Positions 29,301 to 44,300 of a DNA stretch of 64,000 bases are shown in pieces. The notes below the pieces were generated by a model that was given only the letters and a program-made list of their open reading frames with translations, did no database searches and was not told the DNA's origin. How positions within the stretch are numbered: position 1 is the stretch's first letter; the number at the start of each line of letters is the position of its first letter. Position numbers and translations under genes: made by a program. Source of the stretch: the human T2T-CHM13v2.0 reference genome, Homo sapiens; NCBI RefSeq assembly GCF_009914755.1, contig NC_060934.1; one strand, given 5' to 3'.

Positions 29301-32300
29301 ACTATTCCATAGCCTTCCATTTCATTCCATTCCTTTCTATACCATTCCATTCCATTCCAATCCATTCGAATCCATTACATTCCAGTCCCTTCCATTCGAT
29401 GGCATTCCATTCGATTGCATTCCATTGCAGTCCATTCCAATGGAGTCCATTCCATTCCAGTCCATTACATTTGATTCCATTCCATTCCATTGTATTTCAT
29501 GCCATTCATTCTATTCCATTCCATTCGAGTCCATTCCTTTCAAGACCGTTCCATTCCAGTCCATTCCATTTGAGTCCCTGTGATTGTAATGCATTCCATT
29601 CGATTCGATTCCATTCAAGACCATTGCATTCCATTCCATTCCAATTGAGTCTCTTCCATTCCAATGCATTTGATTTGATTCCATTCCATTTGATTCCTTT
29701 CCATTCAATTCCATTCCTTTCCATTGGAATCCATTCGAGTGCAATCCAAAGGAGTACAATTCATTCGAATGCATGATTCCATTCCATTTGATTCCATTCC
29801 ATTCGATTCCTTTCCTTTCAATTGCTTTCCATTCGACTCCATTCCAACGGAATCCATTCCATTCGAGTCAATTACATTCGGGCACATTCCATTCCAGTCC
29901 ATTACATTTGATTCCATTTCATTCCATAGTATTCCATTGCATTCCATTCAAGTCCATACCCTTCGAGTCCATGCCATTACAGTCCATTACATTTGAGTCT
30001 ATTCCGTTTCATTCCATTTCATTCCGCTCCATTCCATTTGAGTCCTTTCCATTCAAGTCCATTACATTCGAGTCCATTCCCTTCCATTCCATTCCATTCC
30101 ATTCCATTCCATTCCATGTGATTCCATTCCATTCCCGTCCATTCTATTCGAATCAATTAATTTCTATTCAATTCCATTCCATTCCTTGCCATTCCATTTC
30201 TTTCCATTCGAGTCTTTTTCATTCCATTCCATTGCATTCGAGAAAGTTCCATTCAGATTCATTCAATTAGAGTCCATTCCATTCCATTCCATTAGATGCC
30301 ATTCTATTCGATTGCATTCCATTCGAGTCCATTCCATTCCATTCCATTCCATTCCATTTTGTTCTATTCCATTCCTTTCCAGTCCAATATATTCGAATCA
30401 TTTGCATTCCATTTCATTAGATTCTATTCCGTTCGATTTCATTCCCTGCAGTTCCATTCCAGGCCCATTGCTTTCCGTTCGATTCCATTCCATTCCATTC
30501 CATTCCTTTCCATTCCATTTGATTCCATTCCATTCCATTGTATTCCACTCCAATCCATTCCATTCAATTCCATTCACGACAATTCCATTCCAATCCATTC
30601 AATTCAAGTACATTCCATTCTATTCCATTCCAGCTGATTCCTTTCCATTTGATTACATTCCATTCAAGTCAACTCCATTTGATTCCATTTCTTTCGATTC
30701 CATTCCTTTCTATTCCAATCCATTTGGGTCCACTTTAATCAAGACGATTCCATTCAAGTCCATTCCTTTCGAGTCCATTCCATTCGTGTCCAATATTTTC
30801 CATTCCATTCAATTCCCTTTCATTAGAGCGCATTCGATTTTTTTTCTTTCTGTGGATTCAAATGCATTAGAATTCATTCCATTCGATTCTGTTCCATTCT
30901 ACTCCATTCCTTTCTAATCCATTCCATTCCAGTCCATTACATTCCAGTACATTCCATTCCATTCGAGTCCATTCCATTCCTTTCCAGAGCCTTCCATTCC
31001 ATTCTTTGTTTTCCATTCCATTCCATTCCATTCCATTCCATTCCATTCCATTCCATTTGAGTCGATACCATTCTGTTCCTTTGTATTCCTTTCTATTCCA
31101 TTCCCTTTGTGTCCATTCCATTCGAGTCCATTCCATTCCATTGCATTCCATTCCATTCCATTTTTTTCGATTCCATTCCATTCTGGTCCATTACGTTCGA
31201 ATCCATTCCATTCCATTCCATTGCATTCCGTTACATAGTATTCAATTCACTTCCAATCCATTCGATTCCATTCCATGCCATTCCATTCCAATCGATTCCA
31301 TTCCATTCCATTCCATTCCATTCAATTCCTTTCCATTCCATTAGATTCTATTCCATTCTTTTCCGTTCCACTCCATTCCATTCCATTCAATTCCATTCCA
31401 TTTGATACCATTCCTTTCCGATCCATTCAATCCTAGTTCTTTCCGTTCGATTTTATTCCATATGATTCCATTCCATTCGATTACCTTCCTTTCCATTCAA
31501 TTCCTTTTGATTCCATTCCGTTTGATTTCATTCTGGTCGTGTCCATTCCTTTCAATCAATTACATTCGAGTCCATTCTATTCCATTCAATTCCTTTCCAT
31601 TCCATTCGAATCCATTCCTTTCAATTCCAATCCATTCGGCTCCACTTCATTCGAGAGGGTTCCATTCCAGTCTATTCCTTTCGAGTCCATTCCATTCCAG
31701 TCCAGTCCTTCCCATTCCATTCGATTCCCATCCATTTGATTCCATTCCATTCCTTTCCATTACTTGTGATTCCATTCCTTCGGATTCCATTCCTTTTGAT
31801 TCCTTTCCATTCAACTCCATTCCATTCGAGCCCATTTCATTCTGTCCTTTACATTCGAGTACATTCCATTCCATTCCAGTCAATTCAGTTGTGTCAATTT
31901 CATTCCATTCCACTCCAATCTTTTCCGTTCCATTCAATTCCATTTGATATCATTCCATTCGATTCCATTCCATTCAAGACCGTTCCATTCCAGTTCAGTC
32001 CATTCATGTCCATTCCATTCTATTTCATTCCATCAGAATCCATTCCATTGCAATCCATTCCACAGGAGTTCATTCCATTCGAGTTCATTCCATTCCAGTT
32101 CATTGCATTTCAGTCCATTCCATGTGATTCCATTCCATTTGATTCTATTCCATTCCATTCCATTCCTATCCATTCCATTCCATTTGACTCCATTCGATTC
32201 CGTTCTATAACATTCCATTCAATTTCATTCCATTCCATTCGAGTTCATTTCATTGGAGTCCATTCCATTCTAGTCCATTCAATTCCACACCCTTCTATTT

Positions 32301-35300
32301 GGTTCCCTTCTATTCGATTCCATTCCATTCCATTCAATTCCATGAGATTCCATTCAATTTCATTTTATTCCATTCCATTCTATTCCATTCCATTCCACTT
32401 GAGACTGTTCCATTCCATTCCATTCCATATGACTCCATTCCATTCGATTCCATTCCATTCGAATCCATTCATTTCCAGTCCATTCCATTAGATTCCATTC
32501 CATTCTTTTCCATTCAAATCCGTTCTGTTCCATTCCTTTCCATTTCTTTCTATTCTTTTCCATTCAATTCGATTCCATTAGATTCTATTACATGCCATTC
32601 CATTCCATTTGATTCCATTGCGTTCCATTCAATTCCATTCCATTTCATTCCATTGGAATCCATTCTGATCAATTCCATTCCATTCCAATCCATTCTATTC
32701 CATTCGAGTCAATTCCATTCCTTTCCATTCTATTCTGTTCTATTCTATTCCCTTTGAGTCCATTTGATTCGAGTCCTCTCAATTCCATTCCATTCCATTC
32801 TATTCTTTTACATTATAATCTATTCCATTCCATTTCATTCCATTCAATTCGATTCGATTCCATTCCATTCGCATCCATTGCATTCAATTTCAATCCATTC
32901 GAGTCCATTACATTCCAGTCCATTCCAATGCATTCCTTTCCTTTCTATTCCATTGGATTTCATTCCATTCAATTAAATTGCATTCGATTAATTTGCACTC
33001 GAGTGCATTCCACTCGAGTCCATTCCATTCCAATCCATTACATTCTATTCCATTCCATTCCATTCCATTTAATTCCATTCTAGTCTTTCCATTGCATTAA
33101 ATTCCACTCCATTCTATCCCATTACATTAGACTGGACAGCATTCGATTCATATACATTCAATTCGACGCCATTTCATTCGATTCCATTCCATTCTATTCC
33201 ATTCCATTCGAGTCCATTCCATTCCATTCCATTCCATACGATTCGACTCAATTAAGTCCACTCCTTTCGAATCCTTTCCAGTCCACTGCATTCCATCCAA
33301 TTCTATTCAATTCCATTCCATTTTATTCGATTCCATTCCATGCAATTCCATTCCATTCGAATCCATTCCATTCCTTTCCATTCCATTCAATTCCATTTCA
33401 TTCAATTCCATTCCGTTCGAATCCTTTGGATTCCATTCCTTTCCATTCAGTTGGTTTTCAATCAGTTCCTTTCCGTTCCATTTGATTCCATTCCATTCCA
33501 TTCTATTTTATTTGATTTGATTCCATTTGATTGCATTCCCTTTGAGTACATTCCATGGGAGTCCATTCCATTCACTACCATTCTATTCCAATCGAATCCA
33601 TTATATTCGATTCGATTCCATTCCATTCTATTCCATTCCATTCCATTCCATTGCTTTCCATTAGAGACCATTCCATTCCAGTCCGTTTCATTTGAGTCCA
33701 TCTCATTCCAGTCCATTCCATTTGATTCCATTCCTTTGGATTCCATTCCATTGTATTCGATTCCATTGGATTCCATTCCATTCTATTTCATTCCATTGGA
33801 TTCCATTCCAATGGAGCCCACTACATTCGAGTCCTTTCCAATCCATTCTTTTCCTTTCCATTCCATTCCATTTCATTCCGTTCCGTTATATAACATTACA
33901 TTCGAAACCATTCCATTCAAATCCATTCCATTACAATCAATTACATTCCACTCCATTACATTCAAGTCCATTCCTTTCCATTCCATTCTAATCCATTTTA
34001 TTCCATTCGAGTCCATTCCATTCGATTCCATTTCATTCCAGCCCATAATATTCGAGTCCTTTCCATTCCATTACACTCCACTCCATTTGAGTGTATTCCA
34101 TTCGAGTACATTCCATTTGAATCAATTCCATTCCATTCCATTCCATTCCATTCCATTCCATTAGATTCTATTTCATTCGATTCTATTCCCTTTGATTCCA
34201 TTCCATGTCATTCCATTCCATTCAATTTGTTTCCATTCCATCCCACTCCATTCCTTTCCATTCCATTCAATTCCATTTCATTCCATTCCATTTCATACTA
34301 TTCCATTTCATTTCATTCAATTCCATTCCTTTCGAGACCATTCCATTCCAATCCATTCCATTAGAGTCCATTCCATTCGTTTCTCTTCCATTTGATTCCA
34401 TTCCATTTATTTCAATTCCATTCGATTCCATTCCTTTTGTTTCCATTCCATTCCAGTCTATTAATTTCCAGTCTATTCCATTCCAGTCCATTTAATTCAA
34501 TTTGATTCCATTTGATTGCCTTTCATTCCATTAATTTCAATTCCATTACTTTCGAGGCCATTACATTCCAATTTATTTAACTCAATTCCGTTCCATTAGA
34601 TACCATTCCATTCGATTCCATTTCATTCAACTGCATTCCACTCCTTTCCATTCCATTCCATTCTGTTCAATTCCATTCCATGCCATTGCATTCTGTACGA
34701 TTCTATCCCATTCCATTCCATTCCATTGCTTTCCATTCCATTCCATTCCATTGCATTCCATTCCATTCCATTCCATTCTAGTACATTCGATTCCATTCCT
34801 TTCCATTCCATTCCATGCCATGCCATTCCATTCCTTTCCATTTCATTCCAATCCAATCCTTTCCATTCCATTCCATTACATTCCTTTCGGTTCAATTCGA
34901 ATCCATTGCATTCCTTTCTGTCCCATACCATTCGTTTCCTTTCCATTCCATTCCATTCCATTACATTATATTCGATTCCATTGCATTTGATTCCATCTCG
35001 TGCCATTCCATTATATTCGATTCCATTCCATTCCATTCCATTGTAGTCCATTTCATTCCATTCCATTCGAGTACATTCCATTCCATTCCATGCCATGACA
35101 TTCCATTCGATTTCATTCTATTCCATTGCATTCATTTCAATTCTGTTTCATTCCGTTACATTGAATTCGAATCCATTGCATTCCATTCCATTCCATTCCA
35201 TTCGTTTCCGTCCCATTCCATTCCAATCCGTTCGATTCCAATCCATTCGAGACCTTTCCATTCCATTTCATTCCCTTCGTGTCCATTTGATTCGATTCCA

Positions 35301-38300
35301 TTCCATTATATTCTATTCCATTCGATTCCATTCCATTCCAGTCTATTACATTCAAGTTTATTCTATTCCACTCCAGATCATACGATTCCCTTCGATTTCA
35401 TTCCTTTGAATCCATTCCATTCAATTCCATTCAATTCGATTTCATTCCATTCGAGACCGTTCCATTCTAGTCTGTTCCTTCCGAGTCCATTCCATTCCAT
35501 TCCATTCGAATCCACTCCATTCGATTCCATCCCTTTCGATTGCATTCTGTTCAATTCCATTCCATTGGAGACCATTCCATAACACTCCATTCCATTCCAG
35601 ACCATTGAATTCCATTCAATTGCATTCCCTGCCATTCGAGTCCATTCCGTTTGCGTCCATTCTATTCCAATACGTTCCATTCCAGTCCACACCATTCGAT
35701 TCATTTCCATTCCATTGCATTCCATTCCATTCAACTCCCTTCCCTTTGGTTCCATTCCATTTGATTACATTCGATTTGATTAGAGTCCATTCTATTCAAT
35801 TGCATTCCATTCGTTTCAATTCCATTCGATTTCATTCCGTTTCATTCCATTAAACTCCATTCCATTCATCTCCATTCCATTCCATTCAATTCCATTTGAT
35901 TAGATTCCATTCCATTCGATTCCATTCCATCCGTGTCCATTCCACTGCTTTGCATTCCTTTCGAGTCCATTCTATTCGAAACCATTCCAGTCCATTCCAT
36001 TCCATTCCATTGTATTCCATTTGATTCAATTACAATTGAGTCCATTCCATTCGAGTCCATTCCATTCCATTACATTTGAGTCCATTCTTTCCGTTCCATT
36101 CCATTCCATTCCATTCCATTCCATTCCATTCCATTCAAGTCCATTACTTTCGTGTCCATTCCATTTCATTCCTTTCCATTCCATTCCATTCCTTTCCATT
36201 CCATTCATTTCCATTGCATTCAATTACAGACCATTCGTTTCCTTTCCATTTCATTTGATTCCGTTCCATTCGATTCCGTTCATTTCTATTCCATTTGATT
36301 CGATTCCATTCCATTCTATTCCATTTTATTAGATTCCTTTCCGTTCGATTCCATTCCGTTCAATTCCATTTCATTTGAGTCCTTTCCATTCCAGTGCATT
36401 CCATTCGAGCCCATTCCATTGCATTCGATTTCATTCCATTCCATTCCATTCCATTCCATTGCATTCCATTCGAGTCCATTCCCTTCAAGTCCATTCCATT
36501 CTATTCCTTTCCATTAAATTCCAATGCATTTGAGCCCCATTCCATTCAAGTCCATTTCATTAGAATTCATTCGATTGCATTCCATTGAAGTACATTACCT
36601 TCGTGTCCATTCTATTCCATTCCATTCCATTCCATTTGAGACCATTCCTTTCCATTCCTTTCCATTCCATTTCATTCAATTCCATACCATTCCATTCCAT
36701 TCGATTCCATTCCATTCACTTCCATTCCATTAAATTTCAATCCATTTGATTCCATTCCATTTGATTCCATTTCATTTGGGTCCATTTCATTCAAGTTCGT
36801 TCTGTTCCAGTCCATTACATTCAAGCCCATTCCCCTGCATTCCAGTCCATTCCATTCCATTTAATTCCATGCCATTCAATTCCATTCCATTCAAGTCCAT
36901 TCCATTCGATTCCATTCCATTCGAGACCGTTCAATTACAGTCCATTCCTTTCGAGTCCATTCCATTCCAGTCCAGTCTATTCAAGTCCATTCAATTCCTC
37001 TGCATTCAATTACATTCCTTTTGAGTCCATTCCATTCGAGTCCATTCCATTCTAGTATATTCCATTAGAATTCATTCCATTACAGTCCATTCCTTTCCAG
37101 TACATTCAATTCTATTCCATTTCATTCGATTCCATCCCATTCGATTCCATTCCTTTCAATTTCATTCCATTCGATTACATTCCATTCGAATCCATTCCAT
37201 TCGAGTCCATTCCATTCAAATCCATTCCATTCGATTCCATTCGATTCCATTGCATTTCATTTTAGTCCACTCCTTTTGATTCCATTCCATTGCATTCCAT
37301 TCCATTCCATTGCATTGCATTCCATTCCATTCCATTTCTTTCGATTCCATTCCATTCCATTCGATTGCATTCCATTTGAGTCCATTCCATTCGAGTCCAT
37401 TTCGTTTCATTCCATTACATCCGAGTCCATTCCATTGCATTCCGTTCCATTCCATTCTATTCATTTCCTTTCCATTCGATTCAATTCCATGTCATTCCAT
37501 TCGATTCGATTCGGTTCCTTTCCATTCCATTTCCTTCAATTCCATTCTATTGCATTCCAATCCATTCTATTCATTTCCTTTACATTCCATTCCATTCTAC
37601 TCCATTCAAGTACATTCCATTCCACTCGATTCTATTCCATGCCATTCCATTCCTTACGAGTCCTTTCTATACCATTCCATTCAATTCCATTCCATTCTAT
37701 TACATTCGATTCCATCACATTGAATTCCATTCCATTCCTGTAAATTCCATTCAGTTTGATTCCATTCTTTTCCATACCATCGCATTCCATTCCATTCGAT
37801 TCCTTGCCATTCAATTCCATTTCATTCGATTTCATTCCATTCCATTCCGTTCAATTCTAAAACATTCCATTCCATTCGATTCGAGTTGATTCGATTGCAT
37901 TCAATTCGATTCCATTCCGTTCGTCTCCATTCCATTCCATTGCATTCCATTCAAGTCCATTCCATTTTAGTCCATTGCCTTCGAGTCCATTCCTTTCCGT
38001 TCTTTCCATTGCTTCTGAAACCATTCCATTCGTGTCCATTCCATTCCAGTCCATTAAATTCCAGTCCAATCCATTCTACACCAGTCCATTACATTCGTGT
38101 CCTTCCATTCCATTGCATTCCATTCCATTCCATTGCATTCCATTGCATTCCATTCCATTCCATTCCATGCAATTCCATTCCATTCGGGAACTTTCCTTTC
38201 CTGTCAATTCTATTCGAGTCCATTCCATTCCTTTCCATTCCATTACATTCTGTTGCATTTGATTCCCTTCCATTCAAGTCCATTCCATTGATGTCCAATC

Positions 38301-41300
38301 CATTCCTGTCCATTCCACTCCAATCTATTCTATTCTATTCCTTTCCATTGGATTCCATTACTTTTGATTTCATTCCTTTTGATTCCATTGCATATGTGTC
38401 CATTCCATTCGAATCCTTTCCACCCCAGTCCATTATATTCGGGTCGACTCTGATCCACTCTCTTACATTCCAGTGCATTCCTTTCAATTCCATTCCATTC
38501 CATTCCATTCCATTCAATTCCAATCCGTTTGATTCCATTCCATTCGATTCCATTCCACTCAATTCCATTCTATTCGAGACCATTCCGTTACATTCCATTC
38601 AATTCGAGTCCATTCCAATAGTTTCCATTCCATTCCATTCCATTCCATTCCATTCCATTCCATTCCTCTCAATTCCATTCAATTCCGTTCCATTCAAGAC
38701 TCTTCCATTCCAATCCATTCTATTCGAATCCATTCTGGTAGATTCCATTCCATTCAATTCTATTACTTTCGATTCCATATCATTCGAGTCCATTCCATTC
38801 CAGTCCATTACAATCGAGTCCATTTCATTCAAATCCATTCCACTCCGTTTGATTCCATTCCATTCGATCCCATTGCACTCAATTCCATTCATTTCGATTC
38901 CATTCTATTCAACACTGTTCCACTCCTCTCCATTCCTTTCTAGTCAATTCCATTATAGTCCATTCAATTCTAGTGAATTCCATTCTATTCTATTGTATTT
39001 CATTCCATTCCCTTCCTTTCATTTCCATTCCATTCCATTCCATTCCATTCTGTTGGTTTCCATTGCATTCCATTGCGTTCTATTCCATTCCATTCCATTC
39101 CATTCCATTCCATCCCATTCCGTACCATTCGATTACATTCCATTCGATTCCATTCTATTTGACAAAGTTGCATTCCCGTCCATTCTATTCATGTCCATTT
39201 GATTCAGTTACATTCCTTTTGATTCCACTCCTTCCTATTCCCTTCCATTCGATTCTATTGCATTGCTGTTCGTTATATTCGATTCCATTCCATACCATTG
39301 CAGTCCATTCCATTCTATTTGATTCCATTCCATTTGATCCCATTCCACTCAATAATATTCTATTCGATTCCATTCCATTTGAGTCCATTCGATTCCATAC
39401 TATTCCATTCCATTGGATTCCATTCAATTCCATTCCATTCGAGTCCATTCCACTACAGTACATCACATTCAAGTCTTTTCCATTCCATTCCATTGCATTC
39501 CATTCCATTCCTTCCATTTCCATTCTATTCCATTCCATTCCATTCCATTCCAATCGATTCCATTCCATTTCTTTCCTTTTGATTCCATTCCATTCCTTTC
39601 CATTCCATCCCATTCCATTCCATTCGAATCTATTCCAGTAGATTCCTTTCCATTCAATGCAATTCCGTTCGAGAAAGATGCATTCTTTTCTATTCCATTC
39701 ATGTACATTCGATTTGATTTCATTCCATTCAATTCTATTCCTATCTATTTTATTCCAGTCAAGTCCATTCCATTCCAGTCCATTACGTTCGAGTGTTTTC
39801 CATTCCATTGTTTTCCATTCTATTCAATTCCATTCCTTTCAATTTCATTTTATTTGATTCCATTCCTTTTGAGACCTTTCTATTCCAGTCTTCTCCTTTT
39901 GAATCAATTACTTTCCAGTCCACTCCATTTTATTCCATTCCATTGGAATCCATTCCAATGGCGTCCTTTACATTCGAGTCCATTCCATTCGAGTCCATTT
40001 CATTCGTGTCCATTCCATTGCAGTCCATTACGTTCAATTTCATTCCATTCAATTCCATTGTATTCAACTCCATTCCATTCCATTTGACACCATTCCATTC
40101 GAGTCCATTAAATTCGAGGCCATTCCATTCCAGTCGAGTACATTTGAGTTCATTCCATTCCATTCCATTGCATTCCATTCCATTTCATGCATTTCCATTC
40201 TTTTCCATTCCATTCCATTCCGTTCCATTCGTTTCCATTCCATTTCATTCCTTTTGATTCCATTCCATTCTATTCCATCCCATTACATTCGATTCCATTC
40301 CTTTCAATTCCATTCAATTCAATGCCATTCCATTCGAGAAAGTTGCATTCTTGTCCATTCCATTCATGATCATTCGATTGTTTCTATTCCATTCTATTCC
40401 ATTCCATTCGATTTTATTCCAGTTCAGTACATTCCAATCCAGTCCATTTTGTTCGAGTGTTTTCCATAGCATTCAATTCCATTCCTTTCCATTTCATTCC
40501 GTTTTATTCCAATCCATTCAAGACAATTCTATTCCAGTCTACTCCATTTGAATCCATTCCATTACAGTCCACTCCATTTGAATGCATTCCATTGGAATCC
40601 ATTCCAATGCACTCAATTTCATTCGAGTCCATTCCATTCGAGTCCTTTTCACTCGACTACCATCCATTCCAGTCCATTATGTTCGATTTCATTTCATTCA
40701 GTTCCATTCTATTCCATTCCATTCCATTTCATTTGACAGCTTTCCATTAGAAGTCATTTCATTCCAGTCCATTACATTCAATTCCATTCCATGCCATTTC
40801 CTTGCATTCCAATACATTCCCTTCCTTTCATATCCATTCTATTCCATTCCATTCCTTTCCATTCGTTTCCATTCCGCTTCATTCCTTTTGATTCCATTCC
40901 ATTCCATTGTATTCCATTCCATCCCATTCCATTCCACTCTATTCCATTCCATTCAATTCCATTCCATTCAATACCATTCCACTCGAGAAAGTTTCATTCT
41001 TGTCCATTCAATTCATGTGCATTTGATTTGATTCCTTTCCTTTCGATTCTATTCCATTCGATTTTATTCCAGTGGATTCCATTCCGTTCCAATCCATTAC
41101 GTTCGTGTTTTCCATTCCATTCCATTCTATTCCATTTCATTCCATTCCATTCCTTTCCATTTCACTCCATTCGATTCCATTCCATTCGAGACCGTTCTAT
41201 TCCAGGCAACTCCTTTTGAATCCCTTCCATTCCAGTCCACTCCATTTGATTGCATTCCACCGGAGTCCATTCCTATGGATTCAACTTCTTTCAACTCCAT

Positions 41301-44300
41301 TCCATTCGAGTCCATCTCATTCGAGGCCATTTTATTCCCATCCATTACATTCGAGTAAATTCCATTACATTCAATTCAATTCCGTTTAATTCCAGTTCAT
41401 GCCATTCAATTCAATTCTATTCCATTCGACTCCTTTCCGTTCGATTCCATTGCTTGCCAATCCATTCCATTCCATTCCATTCAATAACATTCAATTTGGT
41501 TCGATTCGATTCCATTCCATTCCATTCCATTCCATTCGATTCAATTCCATTCCATTCCATTCCATTCCATTCCATTCCGTTCGATTTCATTCCATTCCAT
41601 TCCATTCCATTCTATTCCGTTCCATTCCATTCAATTCCATTCCATTCATTTCCATTCCAATCCATTCGTGTCGATTCCGTTTGAGTCCATTCCATTCCAT
41701 TTCTTTCTTTTCCATTTAAATGGATTCTGTTCCATTCGATTACATTCTGTTCAAATACATTCCTTTTGAGTCCATTCCATTCGATTACATTCAGTTCCAT
41801 TGAATTCCATTCCATTCCTTTCCATTCCATTCGATTCCTTTTGATTCCATTCATTTCGATTCCATTCCAATCGATTCCATTACATAAGATTTGATTCCAT
41901 TCCATTTGGATCCACTTCATTCAATTCCACTCCATTCGAGTACGTTCGATTCGAGTCCATTCAGTTACAGTCGATTGCATTTGATTCCATTCCATTCCAT
42001 TCCATTCCTCTCAATTCCGTTCCTTTCTATTCGATTCAATTCCATTCCATTGCATTCAAATCCATTCCATTTGAGACCGTACCTTTGCAATCCATTCCAC
42101 TCGAGTCCATTCCATTCAACTCCATTCCATTCGTTTCCATTCCAATAGATTACCTTCCATTCGATTGCATTCCATTCGAGTCCATTCCAATGGAGTCCAT
42201 TCCATTCGAGTCCATTCCATTCCAGGACATTCCATTAGAGTCCGTTCCATTCGAGTCCATTCCATTCCAGTGCATTCCATTCGTGTCAATTCCATTCGAC
42301 TGCATTGCCATTCAGTCCATTACATTTGAGTCCCTTCCTTTCCGTTCCGTTCCATTCTGTTCCAGTAGAGTGTATTCCATTCAAATCCATTCCATTACAT
42401 AACATTCCAGTAAATTCCATTCGACTCCATTCCCTTCGAGCCCATTCCTTTCAAGTGCATTCCATTCCATTCTATTCCATCCGATTCCAATCCATTCCAT
42501 TTGATTCCATTCCATTCGAGTCCATTCCATTCGAGTCCATTCCATTCGGGTTCATTGCATTTCAGTCCATTACATTCAAGTCCATTCCATTGCATTCCCT
42601 TCAATTCCATTCCATTCGTTTCCATTCCTTTCTATTGTATTCCATGCCATTGCATTCCATTTGATTCCATTCCTTTCCTTTCCATACCATTTCATTCAAT
42701 TCAATTCTTTACCATTCCTTTCCATTTGATTCGTGTCCTTTCAATTCCATTCCGTTCCATTCCATTCCATTCCATTCCATTCCATTCCATTCCATTCCTT
42801 TCTATTCCTTTCGATTCCATTCCCTTCGAGTCTTTTCCATTCCATTACCATTAATTCCATTCCATTCCGTTACATTCGATTCCATTCCATTCGATTCAAT
42901 TCCATTCCATTCCACTCCTTTTGATTCCATTCCATTCCATTCCTTTGCATTCCATTCCTTTCCGTTCCATTCCATTCAATTTTATTCCATTCCTTTCTAT
43001 TTCATTACATTCCATTCTGTTCAATTCCACTCCATTCCATTCTATTCCATTCCATTTGATTCCATTCGATTCCATTGAATTCCATTCCATTCGTTTCCAT
43101 TCCATTCCATTACATACCATTCCAGTCCATTCCATTCGAGTCTATTCCATTCCTTTCCGTTCGCTTCCATTGCATTCGAGTTCATTCCCTTCGAGTCCAT
43201 TTCATTTCGGTCCATTACATTCGAGTCTATTCCATTCCATTTCACTCCATTCCATTCTATTTCATTCCCTTCCATTGCATTATATTCAATTCCATTCAAT
43301 TGGATTCCATTCCTTTGAAGTCCGTTCCATTCCATTTGATTCCATTCCATTCCATTCCATTCCATTCCATTCGAGACCGTTCCATTCCAGTCAATTTAAT
43401 TCGAGTCTATTTGGTTTGATTCCATTCCATTAGATTCCATTCCATTCCATTCCACTCCATTAGATTCTATTTCATTTGTTTTCATTCCATTTTATTTCAT
43501 TCCGTTCGACACCATTCCATTCCATTCCATTAGAGGCCATTTGATTCTAGTCCGTTACATTCGAGCCCATTGTATTGAAATCCTGTCCATTCAATTCCAT
43601 TCGATTCCATTCCATTTCATTCCATTCCATTCAATTCCATTCCTTTCAATTATTTTCCATTCGAGACCATTCCATTCCAGTCCATTCCTTTCAAATCCAT
43701 TCCATTCCAGTCTACTCTATTCCATTACATTAAATTCAATTCCAATCGTTTCCATTCCATTCAATTCCATTCCTTTCGTATCCATTCCATTCGAGACAGT
43801 TCCATTACAGTCCATTCCTTTTGAGTCCATTCCATTCCAGTCCATTCCATTATATTCCATTCCATTTGATTCCACTCCATTCACTTACATTCGTTTTTAG
43901 GCCATTCCATACGAGTCCATTCCTTTCCAGTCCATTCCATTCGAGTTCTTTTCTTTACAATCCATTACATTCCAGTCCATTCCATTCAATTCCATTTCAT
44001 TTCATTCCATCCCGTCTATTCCATAACTTTCAATTGCATTCCATTTGAGTCCATTCCATTTGTGTCCATTCCATTTGAGTCCATTCCATTCGAATACATT
44101 CCACTCGAGTCCATTCCATTCGAGACCATTCCATTCTATTCCATTCCATTCTACTCCATTCCATTTGATTCCATTCCATTCCATTCCATTTCATTCCATT
44201 CTATTCCATTCCATTCCTTTGGATTCCATTCAAATCCATTCCATTCGATTCCATTGCATTCAAGTCGTTTCCATTCAATTCCATTCTATTCCACTCCATT

